33,757 bases of DNA from Aquificaceae bacterium (GTDB lineage: Bacteria > Aquificota > Aquificia > Aquificales > Aquificaceae): positions 1 to 33,757 of the forward strand of contig JALTVH010000283.1 in the NCBI GenBank assembly GCA_027049085.1, given 5' to 3'. A program made the translations under genes and the position numbers. This document shows, in pieces, positions 9,335 to 17,818 of the stretch. Below the pieces are notes generated by a model. The model searched no databases and had not been told where the DNA came from. It saw only the letters and a list, made by a program, of their open reading frames with translations. How positions within the stretch are numbered: the stretch's first letter is position 1; each line of letters begins with the position of its first letter.

Positions 9335-10842
9335 GCAACGAACTTGCTCTTGAACTCATCAAGTGCCTTCTTTACCTTTTCCTTCAGTTCATCATCGAGG
9401 GCTTTCTTTTCCCTGATCTCCTCAAGGATTTCCTTTTTTTCAGAATCAAGGTAGGAATAGAGCTCCTTTTCAAACTTCCTCACAGCATCAACGGGAAGGT
9501 CATCAAGGTAACCGTTTGTCCCAGCGAAGATTGCTACTATCTGTTTTTCAACGGGCAGAGGACTGTAAGGTTCCTGCTTTAGGAGTTCCACGAGTCTCAT
9601 ACCCCTGTTTATAGTTTGCTGGGTAGCCTTATCAAGTTCGGAGGCAAACTGAACGAAGGCCTCCAGCTCTCTGAACTGAGCAAGATCAAGCCTGAGAGTT
9701 CCAGCAACCTGCTTCATGGCTTTGATCTGTGCCGCACCTCCGACCCTTGAAACCGAAAGTCCAACGTTGATGGCAGGTCTAACACCCTTGTTAAAGAGGT
9801 CAGGCTCAAGGTAGATCTGACCGTCTGTAATGGAAATAACGTTGGTGGGAATATAAGCAGCAACGTCACCCGCTTTGGTTTCAATAATTGGAAGAGCTGT
9901 CAGGGAACCACCGCCATGGTCATCATGGAGCTTTGCTGCCCTCTCAAGGAGTCTTGAGTGAAGGTAGAAGACGTCGCCGGGAAATGCCTCCCTTCCCGGT
10001 GGCCTTCTCATCAGAAGGGAGAGCTGACGGTATGCCTCCGCGTGTTTGGAAAGGTCATCGTAGATAACAAGGGCGTGCTTTCCGTTGTCTCTGAAGTACT
10101 CGCCGATAGTGCATCCAACGAAGGGCGCAAGGTACTGCAGAGATGCAGGGTCAGTTGCGGAAGCAACCACAACGGTTGTATATTCCATTGCACCTTCTTT
10201 TTCAAGGAGTTCAATGATCCTGGCAGTAGTTGACCTTTTCTGACCAACCGCCACATAAATGCAGTAAACGTCTGTGTCTCTCTGGTTGAGTATTGTGTCT
10301 ATACAGATAGTGGTTTTGCCCGTTGATCTGTCGCCAATTATAAGTTCCCTCTGGCCTCTTCCTATGGGAATCATGGAATCTATCGCCTTTATACCTGTCT
10401 GGAGTGGTTCGTGAACAGGCTTTCTGGATACAACACCGGGTGCTATCTTTTCAACAGGCGAAAGGTACTCGTACTTAATCTCGCCCTTTCCATCAAGGGG
10501 CTGACCGAGGGGGTTGATAACCCTTCCTACCAGACCATCACCAACGGGCGCAGAGAGGATCTGCCCTGTCCTGCGGACAATTGATCCCTCCCTGATTCCC
10601 GTCTCACTTCCAAGTATAATAAGACCCACGTTATCTTCTTCTAAGTTAAAGGCGAGCCCTTTTTCTCCTCCCTCAAACTCAACAACCTCCATTGCCATGA
10701 CATTCTCAAGGCCGTAAGCTCGTGCGACTCCATCACCAACGTAGTAAACTACCCCAACCTCCTCCATCCTGGCTTCTGGTTCAAAGTCCTTTATCTGCTG
10801 GCGTAGAATATCAAGGGCTTCCTCGTAGCTGAGCATTCCCAT
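9331..10842 (-). CDS. atpA: F1Fo ATP synthase subunit alpha
   Basis: [10 protein letters not shown], Walker [46 protein letters not shown]. Confidence 0.98.
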   Translation of the reverse strand: MGMLSYEEALDILRQQIKDFEPEARMEEVGVVYYVGDGVARAYGLENVMAMEVVEFEGGEKGLAFNLEEDNVGLIILGSETGIREGSIVRRTGQILSAPVGDGLVGRVINPLGQPLDGKGEIKYEYLSPVEKIAPGVVSRKPVHEPLQTGIKAIDSMIPIGRGQRELIIGDRSTGKTTICIDTILNQRDTDVYCIYVAVGQKRSTTARIIELLEKEGAMEYTTVVVASATDPASLQYLAPFVGCTIGEYFRDNGKHALVIYDDLSKHAEAYRQLSLLMRRPPGREAFPGDVFYLHSRLLERAAKLHDDHGGGSLTALPIIETKAGDVAAYIPTNVISITDGQIYLEPDLFNKGVRPAINVGLSVSRVGGAAQIKAMKQVAGTLRLDLAQFRELEAFVQFASELDKATQQTINRGMRLVELLKQEPYSPLPVEKQIVAIFAGTNGYLDDLPVDAVRKFEKELYSYLDSEKKEILEEIREKKALDDELKEKVKKALDEFKSKFVA

Positions 10843-10873
10843 TATGGAAACCTCCTCGGTTTTCTGGCATCAA

Positions 10874-10882
10874 ATTATATCA
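10874..10882 (-). promoter_or_regulatory. Extended -10 promoter for atpA
   Basis: Minus strand TGATATAAT about 30 nt upstream of the atpA ATG, with SD GAGGAGG in between. Confidence 0.55.
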
Positions 10883-10963
10883 CAGGAGCTTGAACTTCTT
10901 TAATATTAATACAAATTTTATATATTACGATTTTTAGTATTGCATGAGGAGGAAAATAAAAGA

Positions 10964-12715
10964 ATGTCAAGGAAAGGTGCAGACATCGTTATAGAGACCC
11001 TTAAGGCAGAAGGGGTTGAGGTTATCTTCGGCCTTCCGGGCGGAGCTATTATGGAGGTTTACGATGCCCTCTACAGAGATGGAACTATAAAGCACATCCT
11101 CACCCGCCACGAACAGGGCGCAGGTCACATGGCGGAAGGCTATGCCAAGGCAACGGGAAAGGTAGGCGTTGCAATGACCACCTCAGGACCAGGTGCTACA
11201 AACATAGTGACTCCAATTGCTGACGCCTATATGGACTCCGTGCCAATAGTTGTCATCACGGGCCAGGTGCCAACTCACATGATAGGAAACGATGCTTTTC
11301 AGGAAGTTGATATAGTTGGTATAACAAGGCCCATTACCAAGCACAACTTCCTGGTAAGGAGCATTGAGGAGCTCCCACTGATTATAAGACAGGCCTTTTA
11401 CATAGCCAGGACCGGAAGACCCGGTCCTGTCCTGATAGATATTCCCAAAGACATTACCCAGCAGAGCTCTTCCGTTCCCATACCCTCTGACCAGGAAGTC
11501 AGAGACTCACTTCCGGGCTATAAACCCCACGTTCAGGGGAACCTCCAGCAGATTAAGAAGGCTGTCAGGTTAATTGCCCAGGCAAAGAGGCCAGTTCTTT
11601 ACGTGGGCGGGGGCGCAGTAAACTCGGAAGCCCAGGAAGAGCTTGTAGAACTTGCAGAATTGATGAGGATCCCGGTAACAACCACCACTCAGGGAAAGGG
11701 CGCCTTCCCGGAAGACCATCCCCTTGCCCTGCGGATGCTGGGAATGCACGGTACCTATTACGCAAACATGGCAGTTTACAACAGTGACCTTCTCATAGCG
11801 GTCGGGGCAAGGTTTGATGACAGAGTCACAGGAAAGATTGATGAGTTTGCCCCGGATGCAAAAATAATACACATTGACATTGACCCCGCGTCAATTTCCA
11901 AGAACATAATCGTTGATGTTCCTATCGTTGGCGACGTCAAGATAGTCCTCCAGAAGCTGATAGCGGAGATAAAAAGAAAGGGAGCAAAAATAGAGCACCC
12001 GGAGGAAAGGGAAAAGTGGTTAAGTCAGATAGAAAAGTGGAAGAAGCTCCATCCCCTGACCTACAGGAATTCAAGGAAGGTCATAAAACCTCAGTACGTT
12101 ATTGAGGAGATCCACAGGGCAACAAACGGACAGGCGATAATCGTACCAGGCGTCGGACAGCACCAGATGTGGGCAGCGATGTTCTTTAAGTTCAGCTATC
12201 CAAGACAGTTTCTAAACTCAGGCGGTCTCGGAACCATGGGCTTCGGACTGCCCGCTGGAATAGGGGCAAAGGTGGGAAGACCTGATAGAGAGGTCTTTGT
12301 GGTGGACGGGGACGGGTCCTTTGTAATGACGATGCAGGAAATAATAACAGCGGTTGAGTATAAAATTCCCGTCAGAGTGGCGATTATAAATAATGGATAC
12401 CTTGGAATGGTCCGCCAGTGGCAGGAACTCTTCTACGACAGGAGATATTCAGAGGTTGACCTGAGCATTCAGCCGGACTTTGTCAAGCTGGCGGAGTCTA
12501 TGGGAGCGGTGGGCTTCAGAACCGAAAAGCCATCAGAAGTCAGAAAGATAATTGAGGAGTCTCTAAAGATACAGGACAGGCCTGTAATACTTGACTTTGT
12601 GGTTGACAGAGAAGAGAATGTCCTGCCGATGGTCCCGCCGGGCAAGTCTTACAGGGATATGATCCTTGAGGATGGAAGGGGTGCAGAGGCTGAGACCATG
12701 TACCTTGTAGGCTGA
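10964..12715 (+). CDS. ilvB: Acetolactate synthase large subunit
   Basis: [40 protein letters not shown] motif GDGSF...[12 protein letters not shown]. Start set to ATG 10964 after GAGGAGG. Confidence 0.97.
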   Translation: MSRKGADIVIETLKAEGVEVIFGLPGGAIMEVYDALYRDGTIKHILTRHEQGAGHMAEGYAKATGKVGVAMTTSGPGATNIVTPIADAYMDSVPIVVITGQVPTHMIGNDAFQEVDIVGITRPITKHNFLVRSIEELPLIIRQAFYIARTGRPGPVLIDIPKDITQQSSSVPIPSDQEVRDSLPGYKPHVQGNLQQIKKAVRLIAQAKRPVLYVGGGAVNSEAQEELVELAELMRIPVTTTTQGKGAFPEDHPLALRMLGMHGTYYANMAVYNSDLLIAVGARFDDRVTGKIDEFAPDAKIIHIDIDPASISKNIIVDVPIVGDVKIVLQKLIAEIKRKGAKIEHPEEREKWLSQIEKWKKLHPLTYRNSRKVIKPQYVIEEIHRATNGQAIIVPGVGQHQMWAAMFFKFSYPRQFLNSGGLGTMGFGLPAGIGAKVGRPDREVFVVDGDGSFVMTMQEIITAVEYKIPVRVAIINNGYLGMVRQWQELFYDRRYSEVDLSIQPDFVKLAESMGAVGFRTEKPSEVRKIIEESLKIQDRPVILDFVVDREENVLPMVPPGKSYRDMILEDGRGAEAETMYLVG

Positions 12716-12724
12716 GGAGGAAGT

Positions 12725-13306
12725 ATGGCAGATACAGTGGGCGCAGCGAGTCTGAGCATTACAAGAGGACCGAGGCTCAGGGAAACAAAAAAAGGAACGG
12801 TCAGAAAGCATATTATTAACGTCAAGGTAAGAAACGAGATAGGTGTCCTTGCAAGGATCGCAACACTGATAGCTGGAAAGGGCTATAACATAGAGAGCCT
12901 CTCTGTAGGCGAAACAAACGAACCGGGCGTTTCAAGGATGACCATTGAGGTTGTGGGAGACGACATAGTTATTGACCAGGTGGTTAAACAGCTCAGAAAA
13001 CTCATTGACACCATCAAAGTACGGGATATTACAGACCTTCCCCACGTTGAGAGGGAACTCGTCCTCGTGAAGGTTCACACTCCTACCTCAAGGGCGCGGG
13101 ATGAGGTTCTGAGAATAGTGGAGATCTTCAGGGGCAAGATAGTGGATGTTTCTCCTGAAACTTATACCATTGAGGTAACGGGAGACGAGAACAAGATACG
13201 GGCTATGCTTGAATTACTAAAACCCTTTGGCATCAAAGAAATGGCGAGGACAGGTAAGGTTGCAATGAGGAGGGAACTCTTTTCAGAGGAAGCAGGCCAG
13301 GAATAA
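12725..13306 (+). CDS. ilvH: Acetolactate synthase small regulatory subunit
   Basis: ACT domain [35 protein letters not shown]; carries an N-terminal extension of about 25 aa. Confidence 0.95.
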   Translation: MADTVGAASLSITRGPRLRETKKGTVRKHIINVKVRNEIGVLARIATLIAGKGYNIESLSVGETNEPGVSRMTIEVVGDDIVIDQVVKQLRKLIDTIKVRDITDLPHVERELVLVKVHTPTSRARDEVLRIVEIFRGKIVDVSPETYTIEVTGDENKIRAMLELLKPFGIKEMARTGKVAMRRELFSEEAGQE

Positions 13307-13349
13307 GGGGGGTTCTGAAGGGGGAATATTTATCTGAGGGAGAGCGAGC

Positions 13350-14060
13350 ATGGTAGAGACGCCGAAGCTGTCGTCCCTTGCTGGAGAGCTTTTAAAGTTC
13401 TTTATGGTATCCTCACTGATATTCGGGGGTATCATAGCCTTTGTCTTCTTTTTCCTCGGTGGCTTAAATCCTTACTACTCGGTGGGTGCTGGACTGCTTA
13501 TTGCACTTACCTGGGTACTCTTCAACATACTGTGGATGAAGGGAAAACTGGAAGAGCTCTTCGGAAGGCTCCTTTATATAGTTGACCTGCTTGAAGAGAG
13601 GCACAAGGAGACAACTGTCGTTCCCATACCTATCCATGAGGAAGTGATGGGTATAGTAACGAGCATAAAAAACATGATTGCGAACTTTGAGGAAAAGTAT
13701 CAGAAGGAACTCAGAGAGCTTGAAGAGCAAATGGATCTAATTTCGGATAACTCTTCAAAGATCATTGAAGCCCTTGAAAAGGTCCATGATGGATACATGA
13801 AAGTTGATTTTCCTTCAGGCCTCGATCCTGTTGGGGCCATCGGGCAGGCTCTTGAGCAAACTTTTGAGTTTTATCGGGAAAGGTTCAGCAACATAAAGAA
13901 ATATTTGGCAGAGTGCCATAAGAGGGTTACAAGTCTTGCTTTACTTTTTGAAGAAGATGGCGATAAAATAGATATAGACGAAGCTAAGCGTTTGCTTGAT
14001 GAAATAAGTGAGTTCGAGGAGGAAATAGAGAAGGAGTTGAGGTACTTGAAGGATGTTTAA
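13350..14060 (+). CDS. Two-TM membrane protein with HAMP-like/coiled-coil cytoplasmic region (truncated chemoreceptor-like)
   Basis: Two hydrophobic helices joined by a very short loop, then helical segments including LEKVHDGYMKVDFPSGLDPVGAIGQALEQTF (HAMP-like); no HisKA/HATPase or MCP signalling hairpin visible. Confidence 0.6.
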   Translation: MVETPKLSSLAGELLKFFMVSSLIFGGIIAFVFFFLGGLNPYYSVGAGLLIALTWVLFNILWMKGKLEELFGRLLYIVDLLEERHKETTVVPIPIHEEVMGIVTSIKNMIANFEEKYQKELRELEEQMDLISDNSSKIIEALEKVHDGYMKVDFPSGLDPVGAIGQALEQTFEFYRERFSNIKKYLAECHKRVTSLALLFEEDGDKIDIDEAKRLLDEISEFEEEIEKELRYLKDV

Positions 14061-14075
14061 GGAGGGCTAAGGACA

Positions 14076-14432
14076 ATGGACAAGTACGAAGAGGTCCTTC
14101 AGGAACTTATCAAAGGATCCGGTTTGGAGGGGGCGGTACTGGTAAGCGCGGATGGTCTTCCGATCTCTGCTGTTTTAAAACCTGGAATTGAAGAGGACAG
14201 GGTTGCCGCAATGAGCGCAGCGATCCTGTCCCTTGGTGAAAAAGTCTCAGAGGAACTTCAGAAGGGACTCCTTGAGCAGATCACCATAAAGGGTGAGGAG
14301 GGATATATTGTGCTAACAGGTATTGGTCAGGATGCAGTTCTAACTGTTCTTGCCAGTAACGAGGCAAAACTCGGTCTTCTCCTTATGGAAATAAAGAAGG
14401 CTCAGGATCAACTCAAGGAGGCAATAGGTTAA
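14076..14432 (+). CDS. mglB: Roadblock/LC7 protein (MglB/CvnB-like)
   Basis: GLEGAVLVSADGLPI, EDRVAAMSAAILSLG, AKLGLLLMEIK; 118 aa; two genes upstream of an MglA-type GTPase. Confidence 0.88.
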   Translation: MDKYEEVLQELIKGSGLEGAVLVSADGLPISAVLKPGIEEDRVAAMSAAILSLGEKVSEELQKGLLEQITIKGEEGYIVLTGIGQDAVLTVLASNEAKLGLLLMEIKKAQDQLKEAIG

Positions 14433-14435
14433 TAA

Positions 14436-15128
14436 ATGGCTCTGACGGGGGACCTCACAACTTTCAACTTCGCTGATATTCTGCAGGTACTTGCCAAGGA
14501 CAAAAAAAGCGGTGTCCTCCTTGTTGAATGGAAAGACATGATAGTCGCCTACTACGTGAGGGAGGGTGAACTTGTCTTTGCAAGACCGGTTGATAAAGTT
14601 TTCAGAGTGTATACGGACAGAAACTTTGAACAGTTGATAGCCAAACTCAGGATCAAGATGGAAGATATCTACAAGACAATAGACAGATTTTTTATTCCAA
14701 GACTCGGCCAGAAGGAAGGTATCTTTTCCTTTACGCCCGGGTTCATCAAGTTTGACAGCGATGTTCCGGTTTACTATCCGGTGGAAGAACTCATTATGAG
14801 GGCTTCAAGGCTCCTTACACCCGAAGAAGTTGAAAGGAAGATATCCGAAGAGCTATTAATCTTTGAAAAGTCGCCCGACGCAGATGCAAAGGCAAGCAAG
14901 GTTAAGCTGACTGAAGAAGAAAAGAAGGTGCTCTCACTGGTTAACGGGAGCAGAACTGTAGCAGATATAAGGAAGGATTCGGGGCTTGACAAGCTGACCG
15001 TGGACAGGACTCTTTACGGCCTCCTTGCATCAGGAATCATCAGAAGGAAGAGGAAGGAAAGGGTTCAGAAGCCCTTTATCACCCTTGACCTTCTGGCAAA
15101 GATAGTTGAGAAAATTAAACAGCTATAG
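14436..15128 (+). CDS. DUF4388 (PATAN-like) domain protein with C-terminal winged-helix-like region
   Basis: MALTGDLTTFNFADILQVLAKDKKSGVL..YVREGELVFA..EGIFSF is the DUF4388 pattern; C-terminal LTEEEKKVLSLVNGSRTVADIRKDSGLDKLTVDRTLYGLLASGII resembles a wHTH. Confidence 0.8.
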   Translation: MALTGDLTTFNFADILQVLAKDKKSGVLLVEWKDMIVAYYVREGELVFARPVDKVFRVYTDRNFEQLIAKLRIKMEDIYKTIDRFFIPRLGQKEGIFSFTPGFIKFDSDVPVYYPVEELIMRASRLLTPEEVERKISEELLIFEKSPDADAKASKVKLTEEEKKVLSLVNGSRTVADIRKDSGLDKLTVDRTLYGLLASGIIRRKRKERVQKPFITLDLLAKIVEKIKQL

Positions 15129-15136
15129 GGCTTGAG

Positions 15137-15688
15137 ATGAAGGAATTAAAGAAGATCAAGATAGTTATCGCTGGACCCTTTGCGGCAGGCAAAACCCAGT
15201 TTATTAACACTGTAAGTGAAATTAAGACGGTTGCCACCGAAAGAAAAACTTCCGCTGCGGTTGAGAAGAACGTCAAGGACTACACCACAGTTGCAATGGA
15301 CTTCGGAAAGATCAGAATTGACGAGGAGAACGAGCTATACCTCTTCGGTACACCAGGGCAGTCAAGGTTTGATTTCATGTGGGAGATACTTGGTGAGGGT
15401 GCCCTTGGAATAATCGTTCTTGTTGACAGTACCGACCCAAAAACCTTTCACGAGGCGAGGAGAATAATAAACTTCTTCCAGTCACGCTTCCCTGTCCCAA
15501 TAGTGGTTGGTGCCAATAAACAGGACCTACCCAATGCCTGGTCACCGGATGACGTAAAGTTCGCTCTTGACATAACTGAGGATGAGGGGATACCGGTTAT
15601 CCCCCTCTCCGCTAAGGATAAAGAAGACGTTAAAAAGACCCTTCTCACACTGCTTGAGATCATCAGGCTTAACATAGAAAGCGGGTAA
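15137..15688 (+). CDS. mglA: Small Ras-like GTPase, MglA/CvnD family
   Basis: G1 GPFAAGKT, G2 region TTVAMDFG, G3 region GTPGQSRFDFMW, G4 NKQD, G5 LSA. Confidence 0.88.
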   Translation: MKELKKIKIVIAGPFAAGKTQFINTVSEIKTVATERKTSAAVEKNVKDYTTVAMDFGKIRIDEENELYLFGTPGQSRFDFMWEILGEGALGIIVLVDSTDPKTFHEARRIINFFQSRFPVPIVVGANKQDLPNAWSPDDVKFALDITEDEGIPVIPLSAKDKEDVKKTLLTLLEIIRLNIESG

Positions 15689-15698
15689 AATCCTCTTA

Positions 15699-16862
15699 AT
15701 GTTTACCCCCCAGGAAAAAAGAACTATCCTCGGGATAAATTTTGCAGTTATAGCCCGAATGCTGGGGCTCTTTCTCTTACTACCTGTGCTATCACCTTAC
15801 GTCAAGGACCTTCAGGGAAGCACCCCCCTCCTTACAGGACTCGCTGTTGGAATCTATGGATTTACCCAGTCCCTCCTTCAGATTCCCTTCGGTTATATCT
15901 CTGACAGGATCGGGAGAAAGCCGGTAATAACCTTTGGTTTCATCCTTTACATTGTCGGGAGCCTGGCGGGAGGCCTTGCATCCACAGCATGGTCAATGGT
16001 ACTCGCAAGGCTCCTTCAGGGTGCGGGTGCTATCTCTTCGTCAGCTCTATCTCTTACTGCAGACCTCATTAGAGAAGAAGTGCGAACGAGAGCCTTTGCC
16101 CAGATCGGCGCATCTGTGGGAATGGCCTTCGCTGTTAGCATTGTCGTTGCTCCAGTCCTTGCAGGGACATTCGGTGTGCCTTTCATATTCTTTCTGACAG
16201 CCCTTCTGTCAACTATAGCAATGCTTTACATCCTCTTTTTTATCAGGGAACCTGAGAAACACAACAGGGAAATTGAACCTTCAATAAAAAACTTTGCCCT
16301 GATCCTGAAGGATCCAAGGATATCTTTTATAAATTTTTCGGTAGCTCTTCTTCACGCCTTGCTCGTTACGGTTTTTACCGTTGTTCCCATTGAACTGATA
16401 GAGAATTTTGCCATGCCAAAAGGGGAACACTGGAAGGTGTATGTTCCTGTGATACTCCTTTCAATTGCAGTAATGGTGCCCGCGATAATCTATGCAGAGA
16501 AGAGAGGAAGGATAAGGGAAGTTATGGCATTGGGCGTGCTTATAATAACGATCGGTTTTGCCGCTCCCCTTTTTATTAACACATCGGCAGGTATTTTCCT
16601 GATGCTCGCCCTGTTTTTTGTAGGCTTTCACCTCCTTGAACCTGTCCTCCCATCTTTACTCACCAAAATAACCCACAGGGACCTGAGGGGCCTCTCTGTA
16701 GGGATCTATAATACGAGTCAGTTTATAGGAGCCTTCGCAGGGGGAATTTTAGGGGGAATTGCCCTCAAGAGGGGAGTCCAGACAATGCATTCAATGAGCC
16801 TGACTTTGAGCTTACTCTGGATTCTGCTGGTAGTTCTGTCCTTCAGAAAGTTACGTCTCTGA
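15699..16862 (+). CDS. MFS transporter (YajR-like)
   Basis: About 12 hydrophobic segments, motif A GYISDRIGRKP, ARLLQGAGA, N-terminal RMLGLFLLLPV as in the YajR family. Confidence 0.88.
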   Translation: MFTPQEKRTILGINFAVIARMLGLFLLLPVLSPYVKDLQGSTPLLTGLAVGIYGFTQSLLQIPFGYISDRIGRKPVITFGFILYIVGSLAGGLASTAWSMVLARLLQGAGAISSSALSLTADLIREEVRTRAFAQIGASVGMAFAVSIVVAPVLAGTFGVPFIFFLTALLSTIAMLYILFFIREPEKHNREIEPSIKNFALILKDPRISFINFSVALLHALLVTVFTVVPIELIENFAMPKGEHWKVYVPVILLSIAVMVPAIIYAEKRGRIREVMALGVLIITIGFAAPLFINTSAGIFLMLALFFVGFHLLEPVLPSLLTKITHRDLRGLSVGIYNTSQFIGAFAGGILGGIALKRGVQTMHSMSLTLSLLWILLVVLSFRKLRL

Positions 16863-17337
16863 TCATTTCAAGAGCCTTTGCTCTGCATTCTCCGCACAGG
16901 TTGAATCCTTTCCTGTCAAGATCCTCTGCTATTTTAGATTCTCCCATAACACATTTATCCCCCTTACAGGGCTCAAGACCAACGGAAATACCAAGCAGGT
17001 ACGCAACACCCCTGTAAACTCTGTTCAGGAAAAGATCCTCAACAGGGTCGTAGAGTCTGTTGGCAAAAACGAAGATATCCTCCTCACCGCTCCTTGTATA
17101 ACCCCACACAGGGGAAAATTGAGAAACTTCGTTCGAGTTCACAATCAGAACCCTGCGGAAAAGCCCCGGGAACTGCTTATTCTGAAAGTACAGCCTAAGT
17201 CCCTTCTCAGCAGGAGGATGTTTCTTGATTATGGAGATCCTCGACCCAAGACCAAAGTTCTTCCAAATTGAGGAACATGCTGCAAGGGGTATCCTAAGGC
17301 TTTCCACACCTGCTGAGATAACGTACACGAGGCGCAA
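16843..17337 (-). CDS. Archaemetzincin (peptidase M54)-like protein lacking catalytic zinc ligands
   Basis: C-terminal LG..VGL..CKGDKCVM..S...DLDRK...LCGEC matches the archaemetzincin Met-turn/Cys4 region, but HExxHxxGxxH reads YLLGISVGLEP. TTG start with GAGGG upstream. Confidence 0.7.
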   Translation of the reverse strand: MRLVYVISAGVESLRIPLAACSSIWKNFGLGSRISIIKKHPPAEKGLRLYFQNKQFPGLFRRVLIVNSNEVSQFSPVWGYTRSGEEDIFVFANRLYDPVEDLFLNRVYRGVAYLLGISVGLEPCKGDKCVMGESKIAEDLDRKGFNLCGECRAKALEMIRDVTF

Positions 17338-17347
17338 GAGATGACCC

Positions 17348-17818
17348 TCACTTTTTAAGTGAATTAATTATTACAATGAAGAGTGCAACAGTTATGGATG
17401 CGTCCGCTATATTGAAAGCTGGCCAGTAGTGTTCACCTATATGGAGATGAATAAAATCCCTTACCTTTCCAAGAAAGAGTCTGTCATAAAGGTTTCCGAG
17501 GGCACCACCACCTATCAGACCCATAGCAACAGACACCCACCTCTTTCCGTCCCTTGAAGAGTAAAGGTAAGTAACAAGAAAGGCAATAATGGGTGTGAGT
17601 GTGAGCAGAGGTATCCTTATAACGTCAGGCAGGTCGGAAAAAATACCGAAGGCAGCACCCTTGTTGTAGATCAGGTAGAGCTTCAGAAAGGGTAAAACCC
17701 TGACCTCACCCGAGGAGAGCAGACTCTCTGCCAGCTCCTTTGTAATCAGGTCAAGGAAAACTACCAGTAAAAGTATGTATACATAAATCAGAGTCTGTCC
17801 ACCAGTGATCTTTTCCAC
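17348..17818 (-). CDS. lspA: Lipoprotein signal peptidase II
   Basis: DLITK, NKGAAFG, GGALGNLYDR, VRDF, AFNIADASI. Confidence 0.95.
   Translation of the reverse strand: MEKITGGQTLIYVYILLLVVFLDLITKELAESLLSSGEVRVLPFLKLYLIYNKGAAFGIFSDLPDVIRIPLLTLTPIIAFLVTYLYSSRDGKRWVSVAMGLIGGGALGNLYDRLFLGKVRDFIHLHIGEHYWPAFNIADASITVALFIVIINSLKK

Noticed and set aside
10865-10880. TGGCAT resembling a sigma54 -24 element upstream of ilvB
   Set aside because: No TTGC at the -12 position (reads TATA); the region is better explained as the atpA -10 on the other strand.
13307-13349. G-rich spacer before the GTPase module (possible G-quadruplex or phase-variable tract)
   Set aside because: Only three separate G-runs, the longest 6 nt; too weak to support either idea.
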